Assembly: GCF_000284115.1 (NCBI RefSeq)
Contig: NC_017080.1
Location: 1,530,001-1,562,000 of the forward strand
Origin: Phycisphaera mikurensis NBRC 102666
Lineage (GTDB): Bacteria > Planctomycetota > Phycisphaerae > Phycisphaerales > Phycisphaeraceae
Direction of reading: 5' to 3'
DNA: 32,000 nt
Below, one piece after another: positions 17,812-26,938 of this stretch (the first letter of the stretch is position 1; the number at the start of each line of letters is the position of its first letter). The position numbers and the translations under genes were made by a program. The notes under the pieces are model-generated. The model saw only the letters and a list, made by a program, of their open reading frames with translations. It was not told the DNA's origin and did no database searches.

Positions 17812-18945
17812 CTAGCGCGGGCCGGTGGAGACCGCCGGGAGGCGCAGGTCGGCGAGGTCGCCGGCGAGCAGCAGGTCGTGCCCGGCGGCCGCGATCATCG
17901 CCCCGTTGTCGACGCAGTGGGCGGGCGCCGGCAGCCGGCACGGAAGCCCCCGCGCCTCCGCCCACGCCGTCACCCGCTCGCGGAGGTGGCGGTTCGCGCT
18001 GACCCCGCCGCCGAGCACGACCGCCCCGGGGGGCGTCCCCTCCGCCGCCAGCGCCTCCAGCGCCCGGCCGAGCTTCTTCACGATCACGTCGACGGCGGCA
18101 AACTGGAACGCCGCGGCCAGCGCCGCCCGCTCGGCCTCGGGAAGATCGGCCTCGCTCCGCGGGAAGCGCGTCTTCCCGTCCGGCCCCTTCTCCGGCTGGC
18201 CCCGCACCGCGTACAGCAGCGCGGTCTTGAGGCCGGAGAACGAGAAGTCCAGCGATCCGCGGCCGAGCAGCGAACGCGGCAGGCGCACCCGGGCGTCGGC
18301 CGCCTCGCGGGTGACACCCGCCGCCAGGCGTTCGATCGCGGGGCCGCCGGGGTGGCCGAGCCCGAGGATCTTCGCCGCCTTGTCGAAGGCCTCGCCCACC
18401 GCGTCGTCGAGGGTGGAGCCGAGCACGCGGGGGCTGCCCGCGTCGGGCACCGCGTAGAGGCTCGTGTGCCCGCCGGAGACGACGAGGCCGAGCTGCGGGA
18501 GGTCGGGGGTGTCGGGTGCCTCCGCCGCGGCGACGAATGTACCTGACACCTTCGCGGGTTCGCGCAGACGCGCAGCGACTAGGTGCGCCAGCACGTGATC
18601 CACACCCAGCAGCGGCACGCCCAGCGACCAGCTCATCGCCTTCGCCGCCGCGACGCCGACCACCAGCGAGCCGACGAGGCCGGGCCGGTTGCCGACGGCG
18701 ATGGCCGTCAGGTCCGCCGCGTCGACGCCCGACGCCTCGATCGCCCCGGCCAGCGTCGGCGTGAGCACGTCGACGTGCGCGCGGCTCGCCAGCTCGGGAA
18801 CGACGCCGCCGTAAGGCCGGTGCAGCTCGTGCTGGGTCGCCACGCGGGCACCCCGCACGAGCCAGCCGTTCTCGACGACGGCCGCGGCCGTCTCGTCGCA
18901 GCTGGTCTCGATCCCCAGGATCAGCGAGCGGCCCGGGCGGCTCAC
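17812..18945 (-). CDS. tsaD: tRNA N6-adenosine threonylcarbamoyltransferase
   Basis: LILGIETSCDETAAAVVENG; YGGVVPELASRAHVD; VGNRPGLVGSLVVGVAAAKAMSW; LGLVVSGGHTSLYAV; GLGHPGGPAIERLA; VVLGGGVSANRHLRERV; GTG start overlapping upstream stop. Confidence 0.95.
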   Translation of the reverse strand: MSRPGRSLILGIETSCDETAAAVVENGWLVRGARVATQHELHRPYGGVVPELASRAHVDVLTPTLAGAIEASGVDAADLTAIAVGNRPGLVGSLVVGVAAAKAMSWSLGVPLLGVDHVLAHLVAARLREPAKVSGTFVAAAEAPDTPDLPQLGLVVSGGHTSLYAVPDAGSPRVLGSTLDDAVGEAFDKAAKILGLGHPGGPAIERLAAGVTREAADARVRLPRSLLGRGSLDFSFSGLKTALLYAVRGQPEKGPDGKTRFPRSEADLPEAERAALAAAFQFAAVDVIVKKLGRALEALAAEGTPPGAVVLGGGVSANRHLRERVTAWAEARGLPCRLPAPAHCVDNGAMIAAAGHDLLLAGDLADLRLPAVSTGPR

Positions 18946-20555
18946 GGCGCCGCCGCGGGCTCGGTCTCGCCCCCGCCGGCGTTCGCGTCCGCCGGCTCCG
19001 CCGCCTCTTCGAGCGCCGCTCTCGCCTCGGGCGAGACCGTCTCGACGGGCGCCAAGCCGGCGGAGCCGATCGTCTCGGGCTGCAGGCCCTCCAGCTCCTC
19101 GTTCACCCGGGCGAGCTGCTCCTGCAGCTGCTCCTTCGCCCGCACGAGATTCGCGCGCTCCTGCTCGGCGATCACCGCGTCGGCGTTCTTCTGCCCGACC
19201 TGCGGGAACTCGCCGGTCTCCAGCTTGCCCTCGATGGCGGTCAACGCGGCGGCGAGCTGCGGGTCGGAGAGGTTCTCGAGGATCCACGCCGGATCGACCT
19301 CGCCGGCCGCCGCGGCGGCGGCCAGCGTCTCCTGCACCCCGCGGTCGCGGCGGGCCTCGAGCATCGCGACGATCTCGTCGCGGGTCATCGGCACGTAGTC
19401 GCCGTCGGTGGGGTCCACGCCCCACTCCTTGTCGATGTCCTCGTCCTCGCCGAGGATCGGCCGCCGGTGGATGTTCCGGCCCGAGGGCAAGTAGTAGTAC
19501 GCGTTGGTGATCTTGAGAGCGCCGAGGTTCTTGTCGAGGACCTTGAGCTGCTGCACGCTGCCCTTGCCGAACGTCCGCGTGCCCACCAGCAGCGAGCGGC
19601 CGTTCTCGGAGAGCGCTCCCGCGACGATCTCCGCCGCCGAGGCCGAGGCCTCGTTCGCCAGCACCACCACCGCGACGTCCTCGGGCACGAGGGTCTCGGG
19701 CGTCGAGGTGAAGGTGCTCTCCCGCACCGCCCGCCCCCGCACCGACACGATCGTCTGGCCCCCGTCGAGGAACATGTCCGAGATCGCCTCGGCCGCGTCG
19801 AGCAGGCCGCCGGGGTTGAACCGCATGTCGAAGACGAGCCCCTTCATGCCGGCGTCCACGAGCGACCGGAGCGTGTCGCGCACCTCGCCAACGGAGTTCT
19901 CGTTGAACTGCGTGAGACGGAGGTAGGCGATCTTGGCCTCGGGATCGATCCAGTGGCGTTGGATCCCCTCGGCCCCGGACGCGAAGCCCTTGACGCTGTC
20001 GACCTTGATCCGGGCGCGGGTGATCGTGATCTCCTCGGTCTCGCCGCCCTCGTGCCGCACGACGATCGTGACGTCGGTGCCTTCCTCCCCGGTCAGCTTC
20101 TTGACCGCGTCGATGATGGACATCTCGAAGGTGTCCTCCCCGTCGATCGTCATCACGATGTCGCCGGCCTGCACGCCCTGGTTCCAGGCGGGCGAGTCCT
20201 CCAGCGGGCTGACGATCTGCAGCCGCTTCTCGGTCGCGTCGATCTGCACCTCCGCCCCGATGCCGGAGAACGAGCCGCTCACGTGCTTGTTGAAGTCCTC
20301 GAACTCCTCGGCCGTCATGTAGGCGGTGTAGGGGTCGTTGAGCGCCTCGATCATGCCCTTGACGCCCCCCTCGATGAGGTCGGTGCTGTCGGGCTCCTCC
20401 ACGTACTCCCGCAGCAGGTCGTGCCGCAGCGTCACGAAGAGGTCGATCTCGTCGAAGGTGTCTGCCGAGCGTGCCCAGGTCGGGTGCAGCGCGACCGTCA
20501 GCACGAGCGCCACGGCGGCGAGGGAGAGGTTGGTGGCGAGCTTCGAGCGCTTCAT
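18942..20555 (-). CDS. C-terminal processing peptidase, S41 family, with PDZ domain
   Basis: FSGIGAEVQ...VVSPLEDSPAWNQGVQAGDIVMTIDG PDZ; GMKGLVFDMRFNPGGLLDAAEAISDMFL; VVVLANEASASAAEIVAGAL...TFGKGSVQQL. Start set at MKRSKLATN. Confidence 0.92.
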   Translation of the reverse strand: MKRSKLATNLSLAAVALVLTVALHPTWARSADTFDEIDLFVTLRHDLLREYVEEPDSTDLIEGGVKGMIEALNDPYTAYMTAEEFEDFNKHVSGSFSGIGAEVQIDATEKRLQIVSPLEDSPAWNQGVQAGDIVMTIDGEDTFEMSIIDAVKKLTGEEGTDVTIVVRHEGGETEEITITRARIKVDSVKGFASGAEGIQRHWIDPEAKIAYLRLTQFNENSVGEVRDTLRSLVDAGMKGLVFDMRFNPGGLLDAAEAISDMFLDGGQTIVSVRGRAVRESTFTSTPETLVPEDVAVVVLANEASASAAEIVAGALSENGRSLLVGTRTFGKGSVQQLKVLDKNLGALKITNAYYYLPSGRNIHRRPILGEDEDIDKEWGVDPTDGDYVPMTRDEIVAMLEARRDRGVQETLAAAAAAGEVDPAWILENLSDPQLAAALTAIEGKLETGEFPQVGQKNADAVIAEQERANLVRAKEQLQEQLARVNEELEGLQPETIGSAGLAPVETVSPEARAALEEAAEPADANAGGGETEPAAAP

Positions 20556-20641
20556 GGCCCGAGCGTACGGAGCCGGCTTCCCGCGGGTTTGCCCGGTAAA
20601 CGTCATACTGGCGGCGCACCGGCGGCCCGCGACGCTTCTCG

Positions 20642-21454
20642 ATGCCCGAACGAGCCGACATGAACGCGTCGGAAGCCCTCGCGGTCCTGCGCCTCGTCGG
20701 CGAGTGCGAGGAGCTTTGGGCCGACCCGCAGGGCTGGCAGAGGCACCTGCTCGAGGGGGCCGTCGCGCTGGTCGGCGGGAAGACGGGCCTGTGGTTCGAG
20801 GCCGACCCGCACCCCGACGAGGTCTTCGACCTGCTCGACTCGGGCTGGAACCAGGGCGAGCGGCAGCACTTCCAGGCGGCCTGGGCGGCGCGGGCGCTGG
20901 ACTTCCACCCGGCGGCGGGGGCGATGATCCGCGCCTTCCGCGGCCGCGACGCGGTGACGCGGGAGCGGCGCGAGCACGTGGCCTGCCGCGACTGGTACCG
21001 GCACCCGGCGTACGAGCGCTTCGTGAAGCCGGCGGGCAACGACGACTACCTTTCCACCACGGTCCGGCGGCGCGACCGGCAGGAATCCGCCATCGTCGTG
21101 GTGAACCGCGCCCCCGGAGACCGCCGCTTCACCGGCCGCGACCACGCCGTGCTCCACCTGCTGGGCACCGCCATCGCCGAACGCGTCGGCGTCCGCCTCG
21201 CGACGCGGCGGCACCGCTGCCTGGAGGGCCTCTCCAGCCGCCGGCGCGGCGTCCTCTCCCGCCTGCTCGCCGGCGACGCCGAGAAGCAGGCCGCCGCGGC
21301 GCTGGGCATCCGCCCGGGCACGGTGCACGACCACGTCAAGGCGCTGCACCGCCACTTCGGCGTGCGGAGCCGCGGCGAGCTGCTCGCGTACTTCGTCGAG
21401 CGTCGGCCCCGGCCGCGGAACGCCGCGGACCCGGGCACGCGGCGTAAGCCGTGA
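20642..21454 (+). CDS. LuxR-family HTH transcriptional regulator (GerE-type C-terminal domain, no receiver domain)
   Basis: C-terminal LSSRRRGVLSRLLAGDAEKQAAAALGIRPGTVHDHVKALHRHFGVRSRGELLAYFV. Confidence 0.85.
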   Translation: MPERADMNASEALAVLRLVGECEELWADPQGWQRHLLEGAVALVGGKTGLWFEADPHPDEVFDLLDSGWNQGERQHFQAAWAARALDFHPAAGAMIRAFRGRDAVTRERREHVACRDWYRHPAYERFVKPAGNDDYLSTTVRRRDRQESAIVVVNRAPGDRRFTGRDHAVLHLLGTAIAERVGVRLATRRHRCLEGLSSRRRGVLSRLLAGDAEKQAAAALGIRPGTVHDHVKALHRHFGVRSRGELLAYFVERRPRPRNAADPGTRRKP

Positions 21455-21486
21455 GCCGAATCCGCGAGGCTGCGCTAGCGTCGCGG

Positions 21487-21792
21487 ATGGAACACAGCAC
21501 CCACCGAAACGACGCCCCGACCGGCGACCGCGGCCAGAAGCAGCTCATCGAGGGCGACGGCGCTCTGCTCCGCCTCTGGCAGGACGCGCAGCCGGGACAG
21601 CACAGCGAGATGCACACGACGCCGTACGAGACGCTCGGCTACGTGATCTCCGGCCGCGGCATCTGCCACCTCGGCGACGAGGCGATCCCGCTCGGCCCCG
21701 GCACCGCCTGGCGGGTGCCCAAAGACACGCCGCACAGGTACGAGATCACCGAGGCGCTGACGGCGGTGGAGTCGATCACGCCGAGGCCCTGA
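21487..21792 (+). CDS. Small cupin-domain protein
   Basis: HSEMHTTPYETLGYVISGRGICHLGDEAIPLGPGTAWRVPKDTPHRYEI cupin motifs 1 and 2. Confidence 0.85.
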   Translation: MEHSTHRNDAPTGDRGQKQLIEGDGALLRLWQDAQPGQHSEMHTTPYETLGYVISGRGICHLGDEAIPLGPGTAWRVPKDTPHRYEITEALTAVESITPRP

Positions 21793-21896
21793 GGCGCGGC
21801 CACCCCCCACGCTCCGGGCCGGAGCCGGGGCCGAAGGATCGGCGCTCCCGCCCCTGGGGCGCCGGCAGGCCGGCAGACGCTCGATAGGCTCCGCGC

Positions 21897-23462
21897 GTGA
21901 ACTTCCGACGCGTGAGCCGGGCACTCGGCCTCCTGCTGCTGATGCTCTCCGCGTGCATGGCGATCGCGCTGGTCGCGGAGCTCTGCGGCTTCGGCACGCC
22001 GGATCCACGCTGGGAGCCGGTGGTGGAGTCCTTCGGCATCGCGCTGGCGATGGGGGCGCTGCTCGGCGCGGCCTTCATCTTCGGCGGCCGCGAGCCCGGC
22101 GCCCCGCTGCTGGACTCGCCCAACCGGCGGGAGGCCTTGCTCCTGGTCGGGACCGGCTGGCTGCTCGCGGCATCGGTCGCCGCGATCCCGTTCTACGCGT
22201 GGTCCTACCTGCAGCCGGCGGTGGGGGCCGAGCACCCCTTCGCCCGGTACGCGGCGTGCTGGTTCGAGGCGATGAGCGGCCTCACCGCGACGGGCGGGAC
22301 CGTCCTGGGCGAGCAGGGCAACACGATCGAGGCGCTGCCCTCGGGCCTGCTGCTCTGGCGCTCGGGTGTGCAGTGGCTCGGAGGCCTGGGCATCGTGGTG
22401 CTCTTCGTCGCGGTGCTGCCGCTGCTGGGCGCCGGGGCGAAGTCGATGCTCCGCTTCGAAACCAGCGGCCCGGTGAAGAAGGGCGTGCAGCCGCGCATCT
22501 CCGAGACCGCCCGGGAGCTGTGGCTGATCTACCTCGGCCTCACCTGTGCGTGCGCGGCGTTGCTCGCGACCGTCGGCGGGATGAGCCTCTTCGACGCCGT
22601 CAATCACACCTTCACCGCCGTCGCCACCGCCGGCTTCTCCACGCGCAACGCCAGCGCCGGCGCGTACGACAGCGTCGCGGTCGACACGATTCTGCTGTGC
22701 TTCATGGTGATCGGCGGCGTGAACTTCGCCCTCTACCACCAGCTGCTCAAGGGCCGGCTGGTGAGCGTCTGGCGAGACGCCGAGTTCCGCACCTACGCGT
22801 CGCTGCTGCTCATCGGCACCGCCATCGTCGCCTGCTGCATCGTCGGCACCGAAGTCACGCTGCTCACCGGCGAGGTCCGCGTGCCCGGCGTTGTCGACAG
22901 CCTCCGCTACGCCGGCTTCCAGGTGGCGTCGATCATGACGACGACCGGGCTCGCCACCGCGGACTTCGACCAGTGGGGTTTCGTGCCCAAAGCCGTGCTC
23001 TTCTCGCTCATGTTCGTCGGCGGCTGCGCGGGCTCCACCTCCGGCGGGCTCAAGGTCATCCGCGTGATGGTGATGTGCCGGATCTTCGCGGGCGACCTGG
23101 AAAAGGTTTACCGGCCGACGGTCATCCGCTCGGTGCGCATCGGCGGCGTGACGGTCACCGACGACCTCCGCCGCAGCGTGACGACCTTCGTGGTGACGAT
23201 GTTCGCGCTGGCGGGGCTCGGTGCCCTGTGCGTGAAGCTCATCCAGGGCGACGAGCTCGACGTGGTCTCCGCGGCGATGGCGTCGGTCGCGTGCCTCTTC
23301 AACATCGGGCCGGGCTTCCGGCAGGTGGGCCCGACGCAGAGCTTCGCCTTCTTCTCCGACGCCTCGCTGCTGATCCTCGGCTTGCTGATGGCCATGGGCC
23401 GGCTGGAGGTCTTCGCGCTGCTCGTGCTGGTCAGCCCCCGCTTCTGGCGCGACTCCTCGTAG
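21897..23462 (+). CDS. trkH: TrkH-family potassium uptake protein
   Basis: FEAMSGLTATGGTVL; RSGVQWLGGLGIVVLFVAVLPLLGAGA; FNHTFTAVATAGFSTRN-like VNHTFTAVATAGFSTRN; ATIMTTTGLATADFDQW-like; FVGGCAGSTSGGLKVIRVMVM; NIGPGF. Confidence 0.93.
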   Translation: MNFRRVSRALGLLLLMLSACMAIALVAELCGFGTPDPRWEPVVESFGIALAMGALLGAAFIFGGREPGAPLLDSPNRREALLLVGTGWLLAASVAAIPFYAWSYLQPAVGAEHPFARYAACWFEAMSGLTATGGTVLGEQGNTIEALPSGLLLWRSGVQWLGGLGIVVLFVAVLPLLGAGAKSMLRFETSGPVKKGVQPRISETARELWLIYLGLTCACAALLATVGGMSLFDAVNHTFTAVATAGFSTRNASAGAYDSVAVDTILLCFMVIGGVNFALYHQLLKGRLVSVWRDAEFRTYASLLLIGTAIVACCIVGTEVTLLTGEVRVPGVVDSLRYAGFQVASIMTTTGLATADFDQWGFVPKAVLFSLMFVGGCAGSTSGGLKVIRVMVMCRIFAGDLEKVYRPTVIRSVRIGGVTVTDDLRRSVTTFVVTMFALAGLGALCVKLIQGDELDVVSAAMASVACLFNIGPGFRQVGPTQSFAFFSDASLLILGLLMAMGRLEVFALLVLVSPRFWRDSS

Positions 23463-23498
23463 ACGCTGCGTGGCGGCCGGTTCGCGACCGGGGGCCCG

Positions 23499-23550
23499 CG
23501 CCGCGGACCGTCGCGGTTTTCGCCTCCAGAGCCCCGCGATCCGCGGCGCT
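23499..23550. repeat. Inverted repeat after trkH stop
   Basis: GCGCCGCGGA (23499-23508) / TCCGCGGCGC (23541-23550); contains CCGCGGACCGTCG shared with 26941-26953. Confidence 0.6.
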
Positions 23551-23561
23551 ACCGTCCCGCC

Positions 23562-24059
23562 GTGCAGCGCCCGACACCCCAACCGCCCGGGCCGGGGCAG
23601 GAATCGGCTTGGGACTACCCGCGCCCGCCGCGGCTGGAGCCCGTCGGCGAGCGGCTGCGGATCGAGTTCAACGGCGTGGCCATCGCCGACACCACCGCCG
23701 GCCACCGCGTGCTGGAGACGTCGCACCCGCCGGTCTACTACTTCCCGCCGCGGGACCTCCTGCCCGCGTCGATCGTCGACGCCGGCGGCGGCAGCTTCTG
23801 CGAGTGGAAGGGCCGGGCGTGCTACCACGACGTGGTCGTCGGCGACCGCCGGCTCGAACGCGTCGCGTGGAGCTACCCCAACCCGACGGACCGTTTCGCG
23901 GCCATCGCCGGGCACCTCGCCTTCTACTGCGGGCCGATGGACGGCTGCTACGTCGGGAGCGAGCGGGCGACGCCGCAGCCCGGCGGCTTCTACGGCGGCT
24001 GGGTGACGTCGAGGGTCGTCGGGCCCTTCAAAGGCGAGCCCGGCACGGAGGGCTGGTGA
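23562..24059 (+). CDS. DUF427-domain protein
   Basis: ESAWDYPRPPRLEPVGERLRIEFNGVAIADTTAGHRVLETSHPPVYYFPP...SFCEWKGRACYHDVVVG...AWSYPNPTDRFAAIAGHLAFY. Confidence 0.88.
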   Translation: MQRPTPQPPGPGQESAWDYPRPPRLEPVGERLRIEFNGVAIADTTAGHRVLETSHPPVYYFPPRDLLPASIVDAGGGSFCEWKGRACYHDVVVGDRRLERVAWSYPNPTDRFAAIAGHLAFYCGPMDGCYVGSERATPQPGGFYGGWVTSRVVGPFKGEPGTEGW

Positions 24060-24123
24060 GGGCGCGGGCGACGCCGTCGGCCCGAGCCGGGCCCGCGGCC
24101 CGCGGCCCGGCCCGCGGCGCGGC

Positions 24124-24429
24124 TTAGATCTCGTGGAACGCGGTCTCAAGCAGCCGCGTCTTCTTCCGCGTCGCCCGCCGCCGGCGCGGGTCGCGGCCGA
24201 CCCGCATCGTCACGAGCTCGCAGCGCTGGCAGCGCCAGGCCGGCAGCCGGTTCGCCTTGAGGATCGCCGAGGTGCCCGGGATGGCCTCCGCGAAATCGGA
24301 AGGGCCTTCCGCGTTCCGCAACCACAGCAGCCCCTCGCTCACCGCCACGAAGCCGGCTTGCTGCCACCCGTCGCAGCTGGGGCACCGCAGCGCCTCCTCC
24401 TCGTCCGCGGGTGCATGGGGATCGCTCAC
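24124..24429 (-). CDS. Small zinc-ribbon-like protein
   Basis: LRCPSCDGWQQAGFVAVSEGLLWLRNAEGPSDFAEAIPGTSAILKANRLPAWRCQRCELVTMRVG: two CxxC pairs; GTG start chosen. Confidence 0.7.
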   Translation of the reverse strand: MSDPHAPADEEEALRCPSCDGWQQAGFVAVSEGLLWLRNAEGPSDFAEAIPGTSAILKANRLPAWRCQRCELVTMRVGRDPRRRRATRKKTRLLETAFHEI

Positions 24430-24500
24430 GGGCGAGGGTAGGTCCGGATCGCCCGGCGGTACGGATCGCGGGGCGGCGCAAAATGGCTCCGCGGTGCGGA

Positions 24501-25913
24501 TCAGCCGGCGGCGGGCGCGGGTGCCCGCGGCGGGTCCACCGCGAAGAAGGCCCGCTCCCATCGCTTGTGGCCGAAGGCGAGGAAGGTCTGCTTGTAGCTG
24601 CCGAAGGCCAGCTCGCTGATCGGATCGGCCTCGAAGGCGTCGATGGCGTGCAGGAGGGTGGGCGGGAGCGTGTGGACGCCGCGGGCCCGGAGCTCCTGCT
24701 TGTCGAAGCGGTAGAGGTCGGTGTTGAAGGGGCTGCCGGGGTCGAGCCCCTGCTCGATGCCGTCGAGGCCGGCGTGGAGCATGAGGGCGGCGGCGAGGTG
24801 GGGGTTGACGCTGACGTCGACGGCCCGGTTCTCGATGCACGGGCGGTTGAGCGGGGCGCGGACCATCGCGCTGCGGTTGTTGTCGCCGTAGGCCTGGATC
24901 ACCGGGGCCCAGGAGAAGTCGCTCAGGGCGCCCTGCGCGATCAGGCCCTGGTAGCTGTTGTAAGCGGGGCAGCCGACGGCGGTGATCGCGGCGGCGTGCT
25001 TCAGCAGCCCGGCGGTGAAGTGGTACGCGGCGTCGGGCAGCGGGAGGCCGTGCGTGGCGGCGAGATCGCCGGTGCCGCGGGCTTCGCGGTCGAAGAGGTT
25101 GACACCGTTGCCATCGACGAGGCTCATGTTGAAGTGGGCCCCGCTGCGGAAATCGTCGGCGAAGGGCTTGGGCTCGAAGACCGCGACCGCCCCGATCGAA
25201 CGAGCGACCTCAGAAGCGAGGAAGCGGAAGAAGACGAGGCGATCGGCGGAGGTGAGCGCATCGGCGTGGCCGAAGTCGAACTCGTGCTGGCCGCGGCCGC
25301 ACTCCTGGTCGTAGGAGTACAGGCCCCAGCCCAAGTCCTCCAGGTGCCGGGCCATCGGCGCCAGGAAGGGGTCGCTCTCGACGGTGGCGCGCAGGTCGTA
25401 GCAGGCGTTGGGGCCCTCAAATCGCGTGCTCGTGATCGGCACGAGCCGTCCGGTTTCGGCGTCTTCCCGGAGCACGTAGAACTCCGGCTCGATGCCGAGG
25501 TGGAAGGTGAGGCCCATCGAGGCGGCGCGGTCGAGCGCGCGCTTCAGGATCCCCCGCGGGTCGCCAGCGAAGGGCGCGCCGTGGTGCCAGAGGTCGGCGT
25601 GCATCCAGGCTTTCTTCTTGTCCCACGGGCAGACCACCGCCGTGGCCGGGTCCGGAACGGCCGCGCACTCGTCCTCGTGCGGGCCGGCGAGGCCGAGGCC
25701 CTCGACGGCGCCGACGGTGTACAGCTCGGCCCCGCGGCAGAGCTTCTCGAAGCAGGAGATCGGCGTGACCTTCGCCTTGGGGTGGCCGTGGACGTCGGTC
25801 CACACGCCGAGCGCGTCGGCGACGCCGGCGGCGCGGAGCCTCTCCGCGGCCGCCGCGATGGCGGCTTCATCGAACGCGAAATCGGGCGGCAGCGGGGACT
25901 TGGCGGTGGGCAT
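24501..25913 (-). CDS. glnT: Type III glutamine synthetase-like (GS/gamma-glutamylmethylamide synthetase superfamily)
   Basis: LGIEPEFYVLREDAETGRLVPI; CGRGQHEFDFGHADALTSADR; VAVFEPKPFADDFRSGAHFNMSLVDG; DNNRSAMVRAPLNRPCIENRAVDVSVNPHLAAALMLHAGLDGIEQGLDPG. Confidence 0.85.
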   Translation of the reverse strand: MPTAKSPLPPDFAFDEAAIAAAAERLRAAGVADALGVWTDVHGHPKAKVTPISCFEKLCRGAELYTVGAVEGLGLAGPHEDECAAVPDPATAVVCPWDKKKAWMHADLWHHGAPFAGDPRGILKRALDRAASMGLTFHLGIEPEFYVLREDAETGRLVPITSTRFEGPNACYDLRATVESDPFLAPMARHLEDLGWGLYSYDQECGRGQHEFDFGHADALTSADRLVFFRFLASEVARSIGAVAVFEPKPFADDFRSGAHFNMSLVDGNGVNLFDREARGTGDLAATHGLPLPDAAYHFTAGLLKHAAAITAVGCPAYNSYQGLIAQGALSDFSWAPVIQAYGDNNRSAMVRAPLNRPCIENRAVDVSVNPHLAAALMLHAGLDGIEQGLDPGSPFNTDLYRFDKQELRARGVHTLPPTLLHAIDAFEADPISELAFGSYKQTFLAFGHKRWERAFFAVDPPRAPAPAAG

Positions 25914-25947
25914 GGCATCTCTTCGAACAACAAACATCTTCCGGGCC

Positions 25948-26829
25948 TCACGGTGTCTGCGACCTCCAGCGCTCCGCTGAAGGTGGCTGACACCTTTGCG
26001 CTTCGGCGTCGACCCCCAACGGCGCCGCTTCGGCCTTCGCCCTCTCCAGCACCGCCGCCAGCGCCTCCCCGCAGCGACGCAGCAACGCCTCCCCGTCGGC
26101 TGCGTTGGCGAGGGAGGGCGAGCCGGTCACCCCGTTCGTGCTGGTGACGCCGACCGGGTGCGAGAAGGCGCTGCCGACGGTGCGGTCGGGGTCGTCGGCT
26201 TTGGCCATCGCGTCGCGGTCGACGAGGTGGGGGCAGAGCAAGAGCAGGAGGTCGGTCTCGGCCTTGTTCGCGTGCAGGTCGGCGGCGTCCTCGCGGAACG
26301 TCCGCCAGATCTCCGGTGTCAGCGTGAAGGTCGCGTGCAGGCCCACGAGGAGCGCGCCGAGGTGCGTGGTCCGCAGCCGGTCGACCGCGACCCGCAGCGG
26401 GGCGTCGTTGCCCATGTGGCTGCTCACCAGGATCAGCCGGTCGAAGCCGGTGGCGAGCAGCCAGGCGGCGATCGACCCGACGGCGTCCGAGAGGTTCTGG
26501 TGGCCGAGCGAGACCGTCCCGGGCCAGCGCGGCGTGTGGCCGACGCTGCAGCCGATCGCCAGCGTGGGCAGCACGACGACGCCGGTGAGCGCCGAGGCGT
26601 AGGCGCAGACGGCCTCGCCGATGATCGTGTCGCAGCCGGTGGGCAGGTGCGGGCCGTGCTGCTCGGTCGCGGCGACCGGCAGCACGGCCAGCGTGTCGCC
26701 CGCGTCGCGGCGGGCGGCGAGGGCGGGCCAGGCGAGGTGCTCCCAGAGAACCGGAGCCCCGGGCACGAGCCGGCAGGCGGCGCGGAGGTGGCCGGGCAGG
26801 TGGGCAAGCTCGGGGCGATCGTCGGCCAC
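25948..26829 (-). CDS. Creatininase-family hydrolase
   Basis: TLAVLPVAATEQHGPHLPTGCDTIIGEAVCAYA; GCSVGHTPRWPGTVSLGHQNLSDAVGSIAAWLLATGFDRLILVSSHMGNDAPLR. GTG start chosen. Confidence 0.85.
   Translation of the reverse strand: MADDRPELAHLPGHLRAACRLVPGAPVLWEHLAWPALAARRDAGDTLAVLPVAATEQHGPHLPTGCDTIIGEAVCAYASALTGVVVLPTLAIGCSVGHTPRWPGTVSLGHQNLSDAVGSIAAWLLATGFDRLILVSSHMGNDAPLRVAVDRLRTTHLGALLVGLHATFTLTPEIWRTFREDAADLHANKAETDLLLLLCPHLVDRDAMAKADDPDRTVGSAFSHPVGVTSTNGVTGSPSLANAADGEALLRRCGEALAAVLERAKAEAAPLGVDAEAQRCQPPSAERWRSQTP
25952..25994. repeat. Large imperfect hairpin within the creatininase-family 3' coding end
   Basis: GGTGTCTGCGACCTCCAGCG (25952-25971) vs CGCTGAAGGTGGCTGACACC (25975-25994), 17/20 complementary, 3-nt loop. 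Confidence 0.6.
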
Positions 26830-26938
26830 GCCGCCCTTCCTGCAAGAGCCGGGCCGGAGCGGCGGAAGCCGCGGGAACGGATGCGCGTGCGCATTTAAGA
26901 GGCATCCTTGCTTGGGTGCGCAGGGAGCGTGCAGCCGC

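Noticed and set aside
17812-21039. 1075-aa minus-strand ORF ending in TsaD
   Set aside because: Only the last 377 aa are TsaD-like; the upstream portion is an out-of-frame reading of the S41 protease gene. A GTG at 18943-18945 gives a normal-length TsaD.
21639-24149. 836-aa minus-strand ORF opposite trkH and the DUF427 gene
   Set aside because: Antisense shadow frame; no domain motifs, and both plus-strand genes are convincing.
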